DNA from: Pseudomonadota bacterium
GTDB taxonomy: Bacteria > Pseudomonadota > Alphaproteobacteria > Caulobacterales > Parvularculaceae
DNA length: 64,000 bases
NCBI GenBank assembly: GCA_038522735.1
Contig: JBCBJX010000003.1
Span: 20,685-84,684, forward strand
Direction of reading: 5' to 3'
This document shows positions 48,658-57,168 of the stretch, one piece after another (the first letter of the stretch is position 1; every line of letters begins with the position of its first letter). Position numbers and translations under genes: made by a program. The notes under the pieces are model-generated. The model did no database searches, was not told the origin of the DNA, and saw only the letters and a list, made by a program, of their open reading frames with translations.

Positions 48658-49692
48658 ATGACAGACGATCAGCCCCCCGCCTATCAAGGCCCGAAACGCG
48701 TTCTCTCCGGCGTCCAGCCGACGGGCGCCCTCACCCTCGGCAACTATCTCGGCGCGATCCGCAAGTTCGTCGATCTGCAGGGCGACTGGGACTGCATCTA
48801 TTTCATCGTCGATCTCCACGCGATCACGGTCTTTCAGGACCCGGACGAGCTGCGCCGCAACACCCGCGAGATCGCCGCGACCTACATCGCCTGCGGCGTC
48901 GATCCTGAACGCTCGATCATCTTCAACCAGGCGGCCGTGCGCGAGCACGCCGAGCTCGCGTGGATCCTCCAGTGCGTCGCGCGCATGGGGTGGCTGAACC
49001 GCATGACCCAGTTCAAGGAAAAGGCGGGCAAAGACAAAGAGCGCGCAAGCGTCGGGCTCTTCACCTATCCCGTCCTTCAGGCCGCGGACATTCTCCTCTA
49101 CCGCGCGACCCACGTGCCGGTGGGCGAGGACCAGAAGCAGCACCTTGAGCTCGCCCGCGACGTCGCCGCGAAGTTCAACCACGATTACGCAAAGCCGAAC
49201 TTCTTCCCGCTACCGGAGCCGCTGATCGAGGGGCCAGGCGCGCGGATCATGTCGCTCCGGGACGGGACGGCGAAGATGTCGAAATCGGACCCGTCCGACA
49301 TGTCGCGCATCAACCTCGTCGACGACGCCGGGACGATCGCGAAGAAGATCAAGAAGGCGAAGACCGACCCCGAACCCCTGCCGGAGACGGTCGAGGATCT
49401 CGAGCCCCGTCCGGAGGCGAACAATCTCGTCGGCATCTACGGCGCCCTTGCGGGCCTGACGAAGGCCGAGGTGCTCGCCGAGTTCGCCGGCCAGGGCTTC
49501 GGCGCCTTCAAGCCCGCCCTCGCGGACCTTGCGGTCGAAAAGCTCGGACCGATCACGGAAGAACTCGCCCGCATCCGCAAGGACGAAGCCGAAATCGACC
49601 GCATCCTCGCCGCCGGCGCGGAAAAAGCCCGCGCCATCGCCGCGCCTGTGCTCGCGGAGGTGAAGGAGACGGTGGGATTGTTGCAGGTCTAG
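48658..49692 (+). CDS. trpS: tryptophan--tRNA ligase
   Basis: The HIGH-type motif is '[13 protein letters not shown]', and 'KMSKS' is present ('[10 protein letters not shown]'). Confidence 0.95.
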   Translation: MTDDQPPAYQGPKRVLSGVQPTGALTLGNYLGAIRKFVDLQGDWDCIYFIVDLHAITVFQDPDELRRNTREIAATYIACGVDPERSIIFNQAAVREHAELAWILQCVARMGWLNRMTQFKEKAGKDKERASVGLFTYPVLQAADILLYRATHVPVGEDQKQHLELARDVAAKFNHDYAKPNFFPLPEPLIEGPGARIMSLRDGTAKMSKSDPSDMSRINLVDDAGTIAKKIKKAKTDPEPLPETVEDLEPRPEANNLVGIYGALAGLTKAEVLAEFAGQGFGAFKPALADLAVEKLGPITEELARIRKDEAEIDRILAAGAEKARAIAAPVLAEVKETVGLLQV

Positions 49693-49720
49693 GACGGCGC
49701 CGAAGCGCCGTCCTCTTTAT
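49692..49720 (+). terminator. hairpin terminator between the convergent trpS and desaturase-family genes
   Basis: GGACGGCGC-CGAA-GCGCCGTCC is followed by the T-rich TCTTTATT. It overlaps the last nt of the trpS stop. Confidence 0.6.
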
Positions 49721-50478
49721 TCCGCCGGTGCGAGCCCCGGCCCTTTCCGCCCCGAGGGCCTTTCAAGATCGCGGCCTATGAGGAGCGACCACCAGCGGTC
49801 CGAGCCGCCCGGAACGATTCCGGCCTCTTCGGGGAACTCCCGCGGGTTGCAGAACGTGCCCATCAGCATGTCGATCAACGGAAAATCGCAGTAGTTCCGT
49901 CCGTGCACGCCCCGCTCATGGTGCGCGGCGTGGGACTCCGGCCGGGCGATGATGTAGCCGAGCCAGCGCGGCGTTTTCAGATTGGCGTGCGTGAACATGG
50001 CGAGAAAGGTTGTCGCGAGGGTGACGACCAGCGCCGCCTCCGGCGCGACGCCCACGAACCCGACGAGCGCCAGACTTCCCAATAGCGTCCAACCCAGCAT
50101 ATCGAGCGGGTGGAAGAAAAACGCGCCGAAGACGTCGATCCGTTCCGCGGAGTGGTGGGTCTGGTGGAAGTGCCGCCACAGGAACGGAACGCCGTGCAGC
50201 GTCCGGTGCCAAGCCCACATGCCCACCTCGATCGCGAGAAAGCCGATCGCGACGCCAGGCCAGAAGCCGAGGGCCTCCACATTAAAAAGCTGGCGTTCCG
50301 CGAGCCAGCCGTCCCACAGGAACGGGGCGGTAAGGGCGATCGCAAAGTAGCCGGCTGTCATGAGAAGGCCTTTCAGCCGCCAGCCGCGCACGCGCGGCAG
50401 AACCCTTGCGGGCGCAAACGCGTCCAGAAGGGCGAACGCCGCGAACATCGCGGCGACGATTGTCAGTAGTCCTAGCAT
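49717..50478 (-). CDS. sterol desaturase / fatty acid hydroxylase superfamily membrane protein
   Basis: The histidine boxes are 'HRTLH', 'HQTHH' and 'HAAHH'. Four hydrophobic segments are present. Confidence 0.8.
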   Translation of the reverse strand: MLGLLTIVAAMFAAFALLDAFAPARVLPRVRGWRLKGLLMTAGYFAIALTAPFLWDGWLAERQLFNVEALGFWPGVAIGFLAIEVGMWAWHRTLHGVPFLWRHFHQTHHSAERIDVFGAFFFHPLDMLGWTLLGSLALVGFVGVAPEAALVVTLATTFLAMFTHANLKTPRWLGYIIARPESHAAHHERGVHGRNYCDFPLIDMLMGTFCNPREFPEEAGIVPGGSDRWWSLLIGRDLERPSGRKGPGLAPAE

Positions 50479-50732
50479 ATTGGTTCTCCATCTCTCTCCA
50501 GTCCGCCGGGCGAGGTCTTGAGGCGCCCTGCGCCGTGCGGAGCAGGTGGAGTAGCGAACCGAGGGGGCGCCCGCCCACCGAGCGCGCGGTCAAGCGCGTC
50601 TAAAAAGCGGCGAGCCGGATTTACTTTTGTGTTTCAAACTGTTGGCTAGGGGGCGTCGCAGGCGACGCTCTCGTGCGGTATGGTTCGGCGACGGAAAACC
50701 ACACCGCTGGTGCGGAAACCGGAAGACGCGCC

Positions 50733-51368
50733 ATGTCCAATACGCTGACAAAACCGACGCCGAAGGGTGCGCGCACGCGCGACCGCATCTTGGACATCGC
50801 CGAAGCCTCGGTGCTCGCGAAGGGATTCGCGGCGACCTCGATCGAAGAGATCATCGCTGAAGCAGAGATCACCAAGAGCGGCTTTTTCTATCACTTCCGG
50901 GACAAGACGCAGCTTGCACGGGCCCTGCTGCAGCGCTTTCTTCAAGCCGACGACGTTCTGCTCGATGATCTTTTCGCACGGGCGCGGGAGCTGACCGACG
51001 ATCCGCTTCACGCCTATCTCGTCGGCTTTCGTCTCTTCGCCGAAGCGATGGAGGAGATGGAGGACGTCCATCCCGGCTGCATGGTCGCCGCCGTCGCCTA
51101 TCAGGCCCGGCAGTTCGACGCCGAAGTCCGCACGCTCGCCCGGGACGGCATGGTCAACTGGCGCCTGCGCTTTCGGGAGATGCTCGATGCGATCGCCGTC
51201 AAATATCCGCCCCATGAGGAGATCGACCTTGACGCTCTCGCCGACCAGGCGAGCGTGCTCGTCGAAGGCGGCATTGTGCTCGCAAAGCTCTTCGAGGATC
51301 AGACCCTTCTCGCCGGCCAGATCCTTCTGCACAGAACGTTTGTGAAGACGCTCTTCTCGCCGCGCTGA
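50733..51368 (+). CDS. TetR/AcrR family transcriptional regulator
   Basis: The HTH is 'TRDRILDIAEASVLAKGFAATSIEEIIAEAEITKSGFFYHF'. I chose the start at MSNTLTK. It is divergent from the desaturase-family gene. Confidence 0.85.
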   Translation: MSNTLTKPTPKGARTRDRILDIAEASVLAKGFAATSIEEIIAEAEITKSGFFYHFRDKTQLARALLQRFLQADDVLLDDLFARARELTDDPLHAYLVGFRLFAEAMEEMEDVHPGCMVAAVAYQARQFDAEVRTLARDGMVNWRLRFREMLDAIAVKYPPHEEIDLDALADQASVLVEGGIVLAKLFEDQTLLAGQILLHRTFVKTLFSPR

Positions 51369-51369
51369 C

Positions 51370-51810
51370 TCAGGCGTATCCGCCGAGGCGCGGTTCGACC
51401 CAGCCGAGGCGGGCGACGGGGCTTTCCAGAAGGGCGCGCTCATAGGCGCGTTCGGGAAAGTCCTTCGCGCCGATGGGCGAAGCGAGGACCGCGGCGCATC
51501 GCTCCGCAAGCGGCGCGTCGCCGAGGGCGGCGAGAAACTCCTCAATGCTCCGCAGGAAGAAGACCGTGATCGTGTGGTGGTAGCCGCCGTCGGCGGTGTT
51601 GGAGACGCCCGTCGCCTCGTTATAGAGCCGGATGAGCCGGGGCGCGGTCTCCTCGGCTTCCTCCAGCGTCATGCGGCCGAGGAGCGCGACGGCGAATACG
51701 ACGTGGGCGGCGTGGTTCCAGCGCGCCTTCGGCAGGGTGCGTTCGATGACCCCGTCGAGGATCGCGTCGCAGTCGGCGTCGCTCGGCGCCCGGTCGAAAA
51801 CCCGTCTCAT
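51370..51810 (-). CDS. hypothetical protein (146 aa, no family recognised)
   Basis: The ORF has high G/C at third codon positions. It lies tail-to-tail with the TetR gene, with a 1-nt gap. Confidence 0.5.
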   Translation of the reverse strand: MRRVFDRAPSDADCDAILDGVIERTLPKARWNHAAHVVFAVALLGRMTLEEAEETAPRLIRLYNEATGVSNTADGGYHHTITVFFLRSIEEFLAALGDAPLAERCAAVLASPIGAKDFPERAYERALLESPVARLGWVEPRLGGYA

Positions 51811-51897
51811 TTCACCACCCCCGAAACATGCGCATAAGTTGTTTTGGAAATATAGAAATGAAAGTCTGGCCGGCCCGGCGCGCCCCGTAAAGGGGGG

Positions 51898-52794
51898 TCA
51901 GAAGGTGAGGGCGAAGGGTTCGAGCGCCGCGCCGGCCGCGGCGCGCTTCAAGCCCCTGGAGTTCCACGACAAAGCGATGCGCCCGCCGGCGTCGACGGCG
52001 ATGACGCCGCCATCGCCTTTCAGGGCGGCGACGTCCGCGAGCATGCCCGCGCAGGCGGCCGAGAGATCCTCCTTCGCATAGCGGACCCGGCTCGCAACGT
52101 CCTGGGCGCCGCCGGCGAGAATGAACGCCTCGCCGATGCCGGTGCACGAGGCGGCGACGTCGGCGTCCGCCCAGGTGCCGGCGCCGATGAGGGGCGTGTC
52201 GCCGACCCGGCCTTCCATCTTGCCGAAGACGCCGGCGGTGGAGGTCGCCGCCGCAAGGCGGCCCTCCCGGTCGAGAGCGACGGCGCCGACGGTGCCGTGG
52301 GCGATGTCCGTCGCCGTCATCTCCTCCGGGTCGACGCCGACGGGCGTGCGGTAATAGGCCTGCGGCTCGCCGACGAAGGGAAGGCCCTCGGCCCGGGCGA
52401 ATTTCGCCGCGCCCTCGCCGGCGAGGAGGACGTGGGGCGTTCCCTCCATCACCCGCCGCGCGGCGGCGACGGGGGAGACGAGATCGCGCACCGCGGCGAC
52501 GCCGCCGCCCCGCCGTTTCGGGCCGTCCATGATCGAGGCGTCAAGTTCGACGAAGCCCGAGCGGTTCGGCGCCCCGCCGCGTCCGGCGACATAGAGGCCG
52601 GAGGCTTCGAGCCCGGCGACGGCGTGCTCGACCACGTCGAGAGCGCTCTCGCCGGCGTCGAGCCTGTCCCGGCACATGGTCGCGAGGGCGAGCATGTGGG
52701 CTTCGGTCTCGGCGTAATCGCGGCCGGGCCGCGGGCCCGCGCCGCCATGGAGGGCGATCGCGTAGCCGCCCGCCTCGAAGGTTTCGCCCATCAT
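51898..52794 (-). CDS. isoaspartyl peptidase / L-asparaginase (Ntn hydrolase)
   Basis: 'ALHGGAG', the autoprocessing site 'HGTVGAVALD' and 'GRVGDTPLIGAGTWAD'. Confidence 0.88.
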   Translation of the reverse strand: MMGETFEAGGYAIALHGGAGPRPGRDYAETEAHMLALATMCRDRLDAGESALDVVEHAVAGLEASGLYVAGRGGAPNRSGFVELDASIMDGPKRRGGGVAAVRDLVSPVAAARRVMEGTPHVLLAGEGAAKFARAEGLPFVGEPQAYYRTPVGVDPEEMTATDIAHGTVGAVALDREGRLAAATSTAGVFGKMEGRVGDTPLIGAGTWADADVAASCTGIGEAFILAGGAQDVASRVRYAKEDLSAACAGMLADVAALKGDGGVIAVDAGGRIALSWNSRGLKRAAAGAALEPFALTF

Positions 52795-52865
52795 CGGCCT
52801 CCGTCCATCTGACTTTTCGACCGCGAGCCTATAGCGTCCGCGCTCCGCATCCAGAGAGCCCTTCC

Positions 52866-53816
52866 ATGTCCGCCGCCGCGCCCGCGAAACGATCCGCCGC
52901 CCGCCTCGCGCGCATCTGGGCCGCCGCGCCGGCGAACGCCCGGGGCGCGGCGTGGCTCTTCATCGCCGCCATGGCGGTGACGGTGATGTTCGTCGGGGTG
53001 AAGCTGATCGACGGCGACCTGAACGCCATGCAGGTGACGTTCCTGCGCGCCGCCGCCGGGGCGCTCCTTCTCGCGCCGCTTTATCTGCGGCGCGATCCCA
53101 TGCGGCTTTTGAGGCCGAAACGTCCGTGGGCGGTCCTCTCCCGCTCGGTGACGGCGACCATCGCGATCACGCTCGCCTACGTCTCCCTCTCGCGGCTGCC
53201 GCTCGCGGACGCTCAGGCGCTCTCTTTCGCCAACACGCTCTTCCTCGTGCCGATCGCGGCGATCTTCCTCGGGGAGAACGTGGGCGTGCGGCGCTGGTCG
53301 GCGGCGGGGGCGGGGTTCCTCGGCGTCCTGATCATGCTGCGGCCGACGGGGGCGGTGAATGTCGGCGCCCTCGCCGCCGTCGGCGGGGCGTTCATGATGG
53401 CGATCACCATCGCCCAGGTGAAGGCGCTGTCGCGCGACCACGCCGCAAACGACGTCTATTACTGGGGGCTCTCGCTGATGGCGCTCCTCGCCCTGCCGCC
53501 GGCGCTGTTCGTCTGGCGCGCGCCGCAGGCGGAGCATCTCCTCCCCCTCGCCATGGTCGTCCTCGGCGGGGCGCTCTCGCAGTTCTGCTATGTGCGCGCC
53601 TATTCGATCGCCGAGGCGGGGGCGATCGCGCCGGTCGAATACACCCGCCTCGTCCTCGCGGCGATCGTCGGCACCCTGTTTTTCTCAGAAGCGCCCGACG
53701 GCCTCGCCTATGCGGGCGCGATCCTCATCGTCATGGCGACCCTCTACATCACCATCCGCGAGGCGCAGCTGGGGCTGAAGGCGCGCGCGGAGGAGACGGC
53801 GCGAAGCGTGCGGTAA
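52866..53816 (+). CDS. DMT (EamA-type) family transporter
   Basis: It has about 10 TM segments with two EamA-like halves. It is 316 aa and very hydrophobic. Confidence 0.75.
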   Translation: MSAAAPAKRSAARLARIWAAAPANARGAAWLFIAAMAVTVMFVGVKLIDGDLNAMQVTFLRAAAGALLLAPLYLRRDPMRLLRPKRPWAVLSRSVTATIAITLAYVSLSRLPLADAQALSFANTLFLVPIAAIFLGENVGVRRWSAAGAGFLGVLIMLRPTGAVNVGALAAVGGAFMMAITIAQVKALSRDHAANDVYYWGLSLMALLALPPALFVWRAPQAEHLLPLAMVVLGGALSQFCYVRAYSIAEAGAIAPVEYTRLVLAAIVGTLFFSEAPDGLAYAGAILIVMATLYITIREAQLGLKARAEETARSVR

Positions 53817-53893
53817 AGGGCGATGCAATTTGCCGACAATCGAAAGGTAGGCCATCCTTCGAGCTCATCCTTCCGGCAACGAGGGAGGCGTCG

Positions 53894-54340
53894 GTGAAAC
53901 GCTTGATTTTCGGTCTTTGCGGGCTGTTTTTGACGGTGAACGCCGCCGCCGAGGAGGCCGCGCCCGATCTCGGCTGGCTCTCGGGCCACTGGCGGGCGGA
54001 GCGCGAGGGGCGGGTGTCGGAGGAGATCTGGACCGACGCCGAGGGCGGGCTGATGCTCGCCGTCAACCGCTCCGTACGGGACGGGCGGGCGCGCGGCTTT
54101 GAATTCCTGCGCATCCAACTTTTCGGCGAGCCGGCGCTCTACGCCCAGCCGGGCGGCGGCGCCGCGACGCGCTTCGCCCTCGTCGAGGCGGGCGCGGCGT
54201 ACGTCGTCTTTGAAAATCCGGACCATGATTTTCCCCAGCGCGTTCTCTACCGCCGCGAGGGCGACCGGCTGACGGCGACGGCGTCCGACCTCGACGGGGG
54301 AAACCCGCAGGTCTTCCGCTGGGCGCTGAAAACGGAATGA
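53894..54340 (+). CDS. small secreted hypothetical protein (possibly DUF6265-like)
   Basis: The GTG start has a GAGGGAGG SD. The signal peptide is 'VKRLIFGLCGLFLTVNAAA'. 'LSGHWRAE...EIWT' and 'FENPDHDFPQRVLY' are present. The family name is from memory only. Confidence 0.5.
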   Translation: MKRLIFGLCGLFLTVNAAAEEAAPDLGWLSGHWRAEREGRVSEEIWTDAEGGLMLAVNRSVRDGRARGFEFLRIQLFGEPALYAQPGGGAATRFALVEAGAAYVVFENPDHDFPQRVLYRREGDRLTATASDLDGGNPQVFRWALKTE

Positions 54341-54368
54341 GCGATCCGCGTCAGTGTCGGGCGTCTTC

Positions 54369-54503
54369 CGTCATCCCGGGCGAGCGCAGCGAGACCCGGG
54401 ACCCAGGGGCTGCGGGCGCCGCGCCTGAGGCCCTGGGTCCCGGCTCTGACAAGCGTTCGCCGAACCCTGACGGGTTCGGACGCTTGTAGCGGCCGGGATG
54501 ACG
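54369..54503. repeat. REP/MITE-like nested palindromic element
   Basis: The outer inverted repeat is CCGTCATCCCGG (54369-54380) / CCGGGATGACG (54493-54503). The inner inverted repeat is CCGGGACCCAGGG / CCCTGGGTCCCGG. A further hairpin is CCGAACCC-TGA-CGGGTTCGG (54460-54479). The 'RPGMT'-type pseudo-ORF sequence is typical of alphaproteobacterial repeats. Confidence 0.65.
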
Positions 54504-54532
54504 AAACAGGTGTTGGTTTGAAGGGGTGATCC

Positions 54533-54931
54533 ATGCCCGAGCTGAAGACCCGCCCGACCGGCGCCGCGATCGAGACGTTCCTCAACTCGGTCGAGAACGA
54601 GCGCCGGCGCACGGACGGGTTCCGGCTGCTTGAAGTCTTCCGGGAGATCACCGGCGAGCCGGGCGAGATGTGGGGCGCCTCCATCATCGGCTTCGGCCGC
54701 AAGATGATCGCGTATGCGGACGGCCGCGAGGAGGAGTGGATGCGCACGGGCTTCTCCCCGCGCAAGCAGAACCTCGTCTGCTATCTGATGGACGGCGCGA
54801 CGAAGCGCCCGGAACTCCTCGAAAAGCTCGGCAAGCACAAGACGGGCAAGGCCTGCCTTTATGTGAACAAGCTGGCGGATGTGGATAAGGCGGTGCTGCG
54901 GGAGCTGGTTCAGAACAGTTACAACGGGTAG
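54533..54931 (+). CDS. DUF1801 domain-containing protein (YdhG-like)
   Basis: 132 aa. 'TGAAIETFLNSV..' and '..MWGASIIGFG..' resemble the DUF1801 family. The assignment is from memory. Confidence 0.6.
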   Translation: MPELKTRPTGAAIETFLNSVENERRRTDGFRLLEVFREITGEPGEMWGASIIGFGRKMIAYADGREEEWMRTGFSPRKQNLVCYLMDGATKRPELLEKLGKHKTGKACLYVNKLADVDKAVLRELVQNSYNG

Positions 54932-54966
54932 CGCCGGCTCGCCTGCTCCCTAGGGTCGAGCCTCAA

Positions 54967-55900
54967 TCAGACTGACCGGATACGGCCCAGTTCTAACACG
55001 CAACAAAGCAGAACGACCGTCCTAAAACGCCCCAAATAGGACGCTCACAACGTTTTCTGTGCAGGTGGACATGGGTTTGACGAAAGCCGTCTCGTGTGGC
55101 GATTAGTGGCCAGACCACTTCAACAACGGCTCAATCGTCTATGGAGAACAAACCCAAAAAACAGCGCTCTGCGATCAGAGAGCGCGCAAACGCAATCAAA
55201 GAGTTTCGTTGCAAGAACCTCGTCGCTGTCATTGAGAACCCTACTGATATAGGCAACATCGGCACAGTTATCAGGAACGTGAACGCCTTGGGGGTCGAGA
55301 AAGTCTATGTAATCGATTTCCGGGGCTCGCTTCCCGATGACTGGGAAGAAATGAGAGACAGACGCTCTCTGACCAAGACATCTGCATCAGCAGTGAAATG
55401 GACTTTTGTGAAGCGTTTTGAAAGCACAGAGCTTTGCCTAGATCACTTGGAGAATAATAGTTTTGTTTCCATTGTCACATCACCCCATGTGAAAGGCAAG
55501 CAGAGCATTTACTTGCATGAGGGCGACTACACGAAGCATGCAAAGCTTGCGGTATGGTTCGGGAACGAGTCGCGCGGCATCAGCGACTTAGCTGTCGAAC
55601 GGAGCGAAATGTGCGTCGCGGTTCCTATGTTCGGAATGATAGAAAGCCTGAACTTGGCGACTTCATCGGGTATTGTTTTGTATGAAGTGACCAAACAGCG
55701 GCGTGCGTATCAAAGTAAATATCGACGCAGTAATCAGAGAAGACCTCGCGAAAAACCGCTTCCAACGGTTATGCCGCGAGACGACTGAAAACACCGCCCA
55801 CAGCGGGCCTTGGCTCAGCGTCCTTTCCTCGCCCAAAACCGCCGCTCGCCAAAATCCTTGTGAGTGGCGGCCAGTGTCAAATGCCCGTGGTTCAGACTGA
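54967..55900. mobile_element. low-GC single-gene islet bounded by the 9-bp direct repeat TCAGACTGA
   Basis: Hand counts give 48% G+C for 55261-55320 and 40% for 55441-55500, against 72% for 56521-56580. TCAGACTGA occurs at 54967-54975 and 55892-55900. No recombinase gene is present. Confidence 0.45.
55141..55788 (+). CDS. SPOUT (SpoU/TrmH family) RNA 2'-O-ribose methyltransferase, foreign composition
   Basis: SpoU motifs 1-3 are 'DIGNIGTVIRNVNALG', 'AVWFGNESRGIS' and 'VAVPMFGMIESLNLATSSGIVLYE'. It has a basic C-terminal tail. An alternative GTG start lies at 55096. Confidence 0.8.
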   Translation: MENKPKKQRSAIRERANAIKEFRCKNLVAVIENPTDIGNIGTVIRNVNALGVEKVYVIDFRGSLPDDWEEMRDRRSLTKTSASAVKWTFVKRFESTELCLDHLENNSFVSIVTSPHVKGKQSIYLHEGDYTKHAKLAVWFGNESRGISDLAVERSEMCVAVPMFGMIESLNLATSSGIVLYEVTKQRRAYQSKYRRSNQRRPREKPLPTVMPRDD

Positions 55901-55909
55901 GTATGGAGT

Positions 55910-56413
55910 CTAAGAGCACGCCTTCCGCGCGGCTTCCAGCGCTTTCGTGATGCCCAGAAGTGAAATCTCGTAGTTCGTCCGGGTGCCGCGCTTCGAGGTG
56001 GCGCTGACGCGCAGCTCCGAGCCGCGCTTCATGGCGCTGACGAGGGCCTTTTCCTGGCCGTCGCTTTCGATGAAGGCCTCGTTGCCGGCGACGAACATCG
56101 GCCAGTCGTCGGAGCCGACCTTCGCGGTCGGGGCCGAGCCGTCCTTCATGTCGTAGCCGGCCGTCATGAAGCTCGGCTGCTCGATCGCCGCGCCGGAGCG
56201 CCAGGTGGAGACGAGCATGAAGACGTCGCCGTGGTTCACCGATTTCGGCTGTTTCTCCCGCGCCTCGGCGACGGCGTAGCAGATGAGGTCCCCCCCGACG
56301 TCGCGCGTGAAGACCGTCCAGTCGCGATAGGTCGCGACGGATTTCGGCTCGGCGGCGAGGGCGGGCGAGCCGAGGGCGGAGAGGGCGAGGAGGAAGAGAA
56401 CCGTGCGGCGCAT
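55910..56413 (-). CDS. invasion-associated locus B (IalB) family periplasmic protein
   Basis: The signal peptide is 'MRRTVLFLLALSALGSPALAAEP'. 'YRDWTVF....CYA' and the C-terminal 'SLLGITKALE..RKAC' resemble IalB-like proteins. Confidence 0.6.
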   Translation of the reverse strand: MRRTVLFLLALSALGSPALAAEPKSVATYRDWTVFTRDVGGDLICYAVAEAREKQPKSVNHGDVFMLVSTWRSGAAIEQPSFMTAGYDMKDGSAPTAKVGSDDWPMFVAGNEAFIESDGQEKALVSAMKRGSELRVSATSKRGTRTNYEISLLGITKALEAARKACS

Positions 56414-56490
56414 GGACGAACCTTCGAAGGGCTTGGGACGCAAGTTGAACGGGAATTAGCGCGAGTCTGTGACGGATCGAAGGCGGCGCT

Positions 56491-57168
56491 TCAACTCATA
56501 TGGAGGCGGAGGCCGGCGGCGGCGGCGATCGGTCCGGCGGCGATCGCGAAGAGGGCGTAGGCGCTTAGGAAGAGGAGCGGCTGGGCGGGGTCCGCGCCCT
56601 GGTCGGCGAGGCGGGCGCTCGCCGCGCCGAAGACGAGGGCGGGCGCGGCGAGGGGCGCGGCGATGACGGCGATGAGGACGCCCCCGCGCCGCACCCCCGC
56701 CGTCAGCGCCGCCGCCGCCGCGCCGATGAAAGCGAGGCCGAGCCCGCCGATCGCGACGCCGACGGCGAGGACGAGCGCCGCCCCGTCGGTCATCCGGTAG
56801 GCGAGGCCGACGGGCGCCGCCGCGAGGGCGATCGGCCCGATGGTCGCGATGTGGAAGGCTGCGGCCTTGGCGGCGGCGATGAGTTCGAGGGGCGCGTCCG
56901 CCGCGGCGAGGAGGTCCATCTCGCCCGCTTCCAGATCGTCCTGAAACAGACGTTCGAGCCCCGCAGCGACAGCGAGGAGCGCCGCGAGCCAGACGACGCC
57001 GGGGGCCGCCGGGCGCAGAACCGAGGCTTCGGGCCCGAGCCCGAGGGGCGCGAGGCCGGCCGCGGCGAGGAAGAAGGCGAGGGCCGCGGGGCCGCCGCCG
57101 CCCTGGCGAAGGCTCAGGCGAAGCTCGCGCATGAAGACGGCGCTGAAGACCGTCAGCGCACGGCTCAT
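56491..57168 (-). CDS. ccmB: heme exporter protein CcmB
   Basis: It has six hydrophobic segments, the 'FMRELRLSLRQGGG' N-terminus and 'LLFLSAYALFAIAAGPIAAAAGLR' C-terminus typical of CcmB. It overlaps ccmA by 4 nt. Confidence 0.88.
   Translation of the reverse strand: MSRALTVFSAVFMRELRLSLRQGGGGPAALAFFLAAAGLAPLGLGPEASVLRPAAPGVVWLAALLAVAAGLERLFQDDLEAGEMDLLAAADAPLELIAAAKAAAFHIATIGPIALAAAPVGLAYRMTDGAALVLAVGVAIGGLGLAFIGAAAAALTAGVRRGGVLIAVIAAPLAAPALVFGAASARLADQGADPAQPLLFLSAYALFAIAAGPIAAAAGLRLHMS

Noticed and set aside
52952-53893. First two-thirds of the 462-aa plus ORF (52952..54340)
   Set aside because: It is an alternate frame of the DMT transporter gene, with an Arg/Pro/Gly-rich translation. 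Only the last 148 codons, from the GTG at 53894 with its SD and signal peptide, look real.
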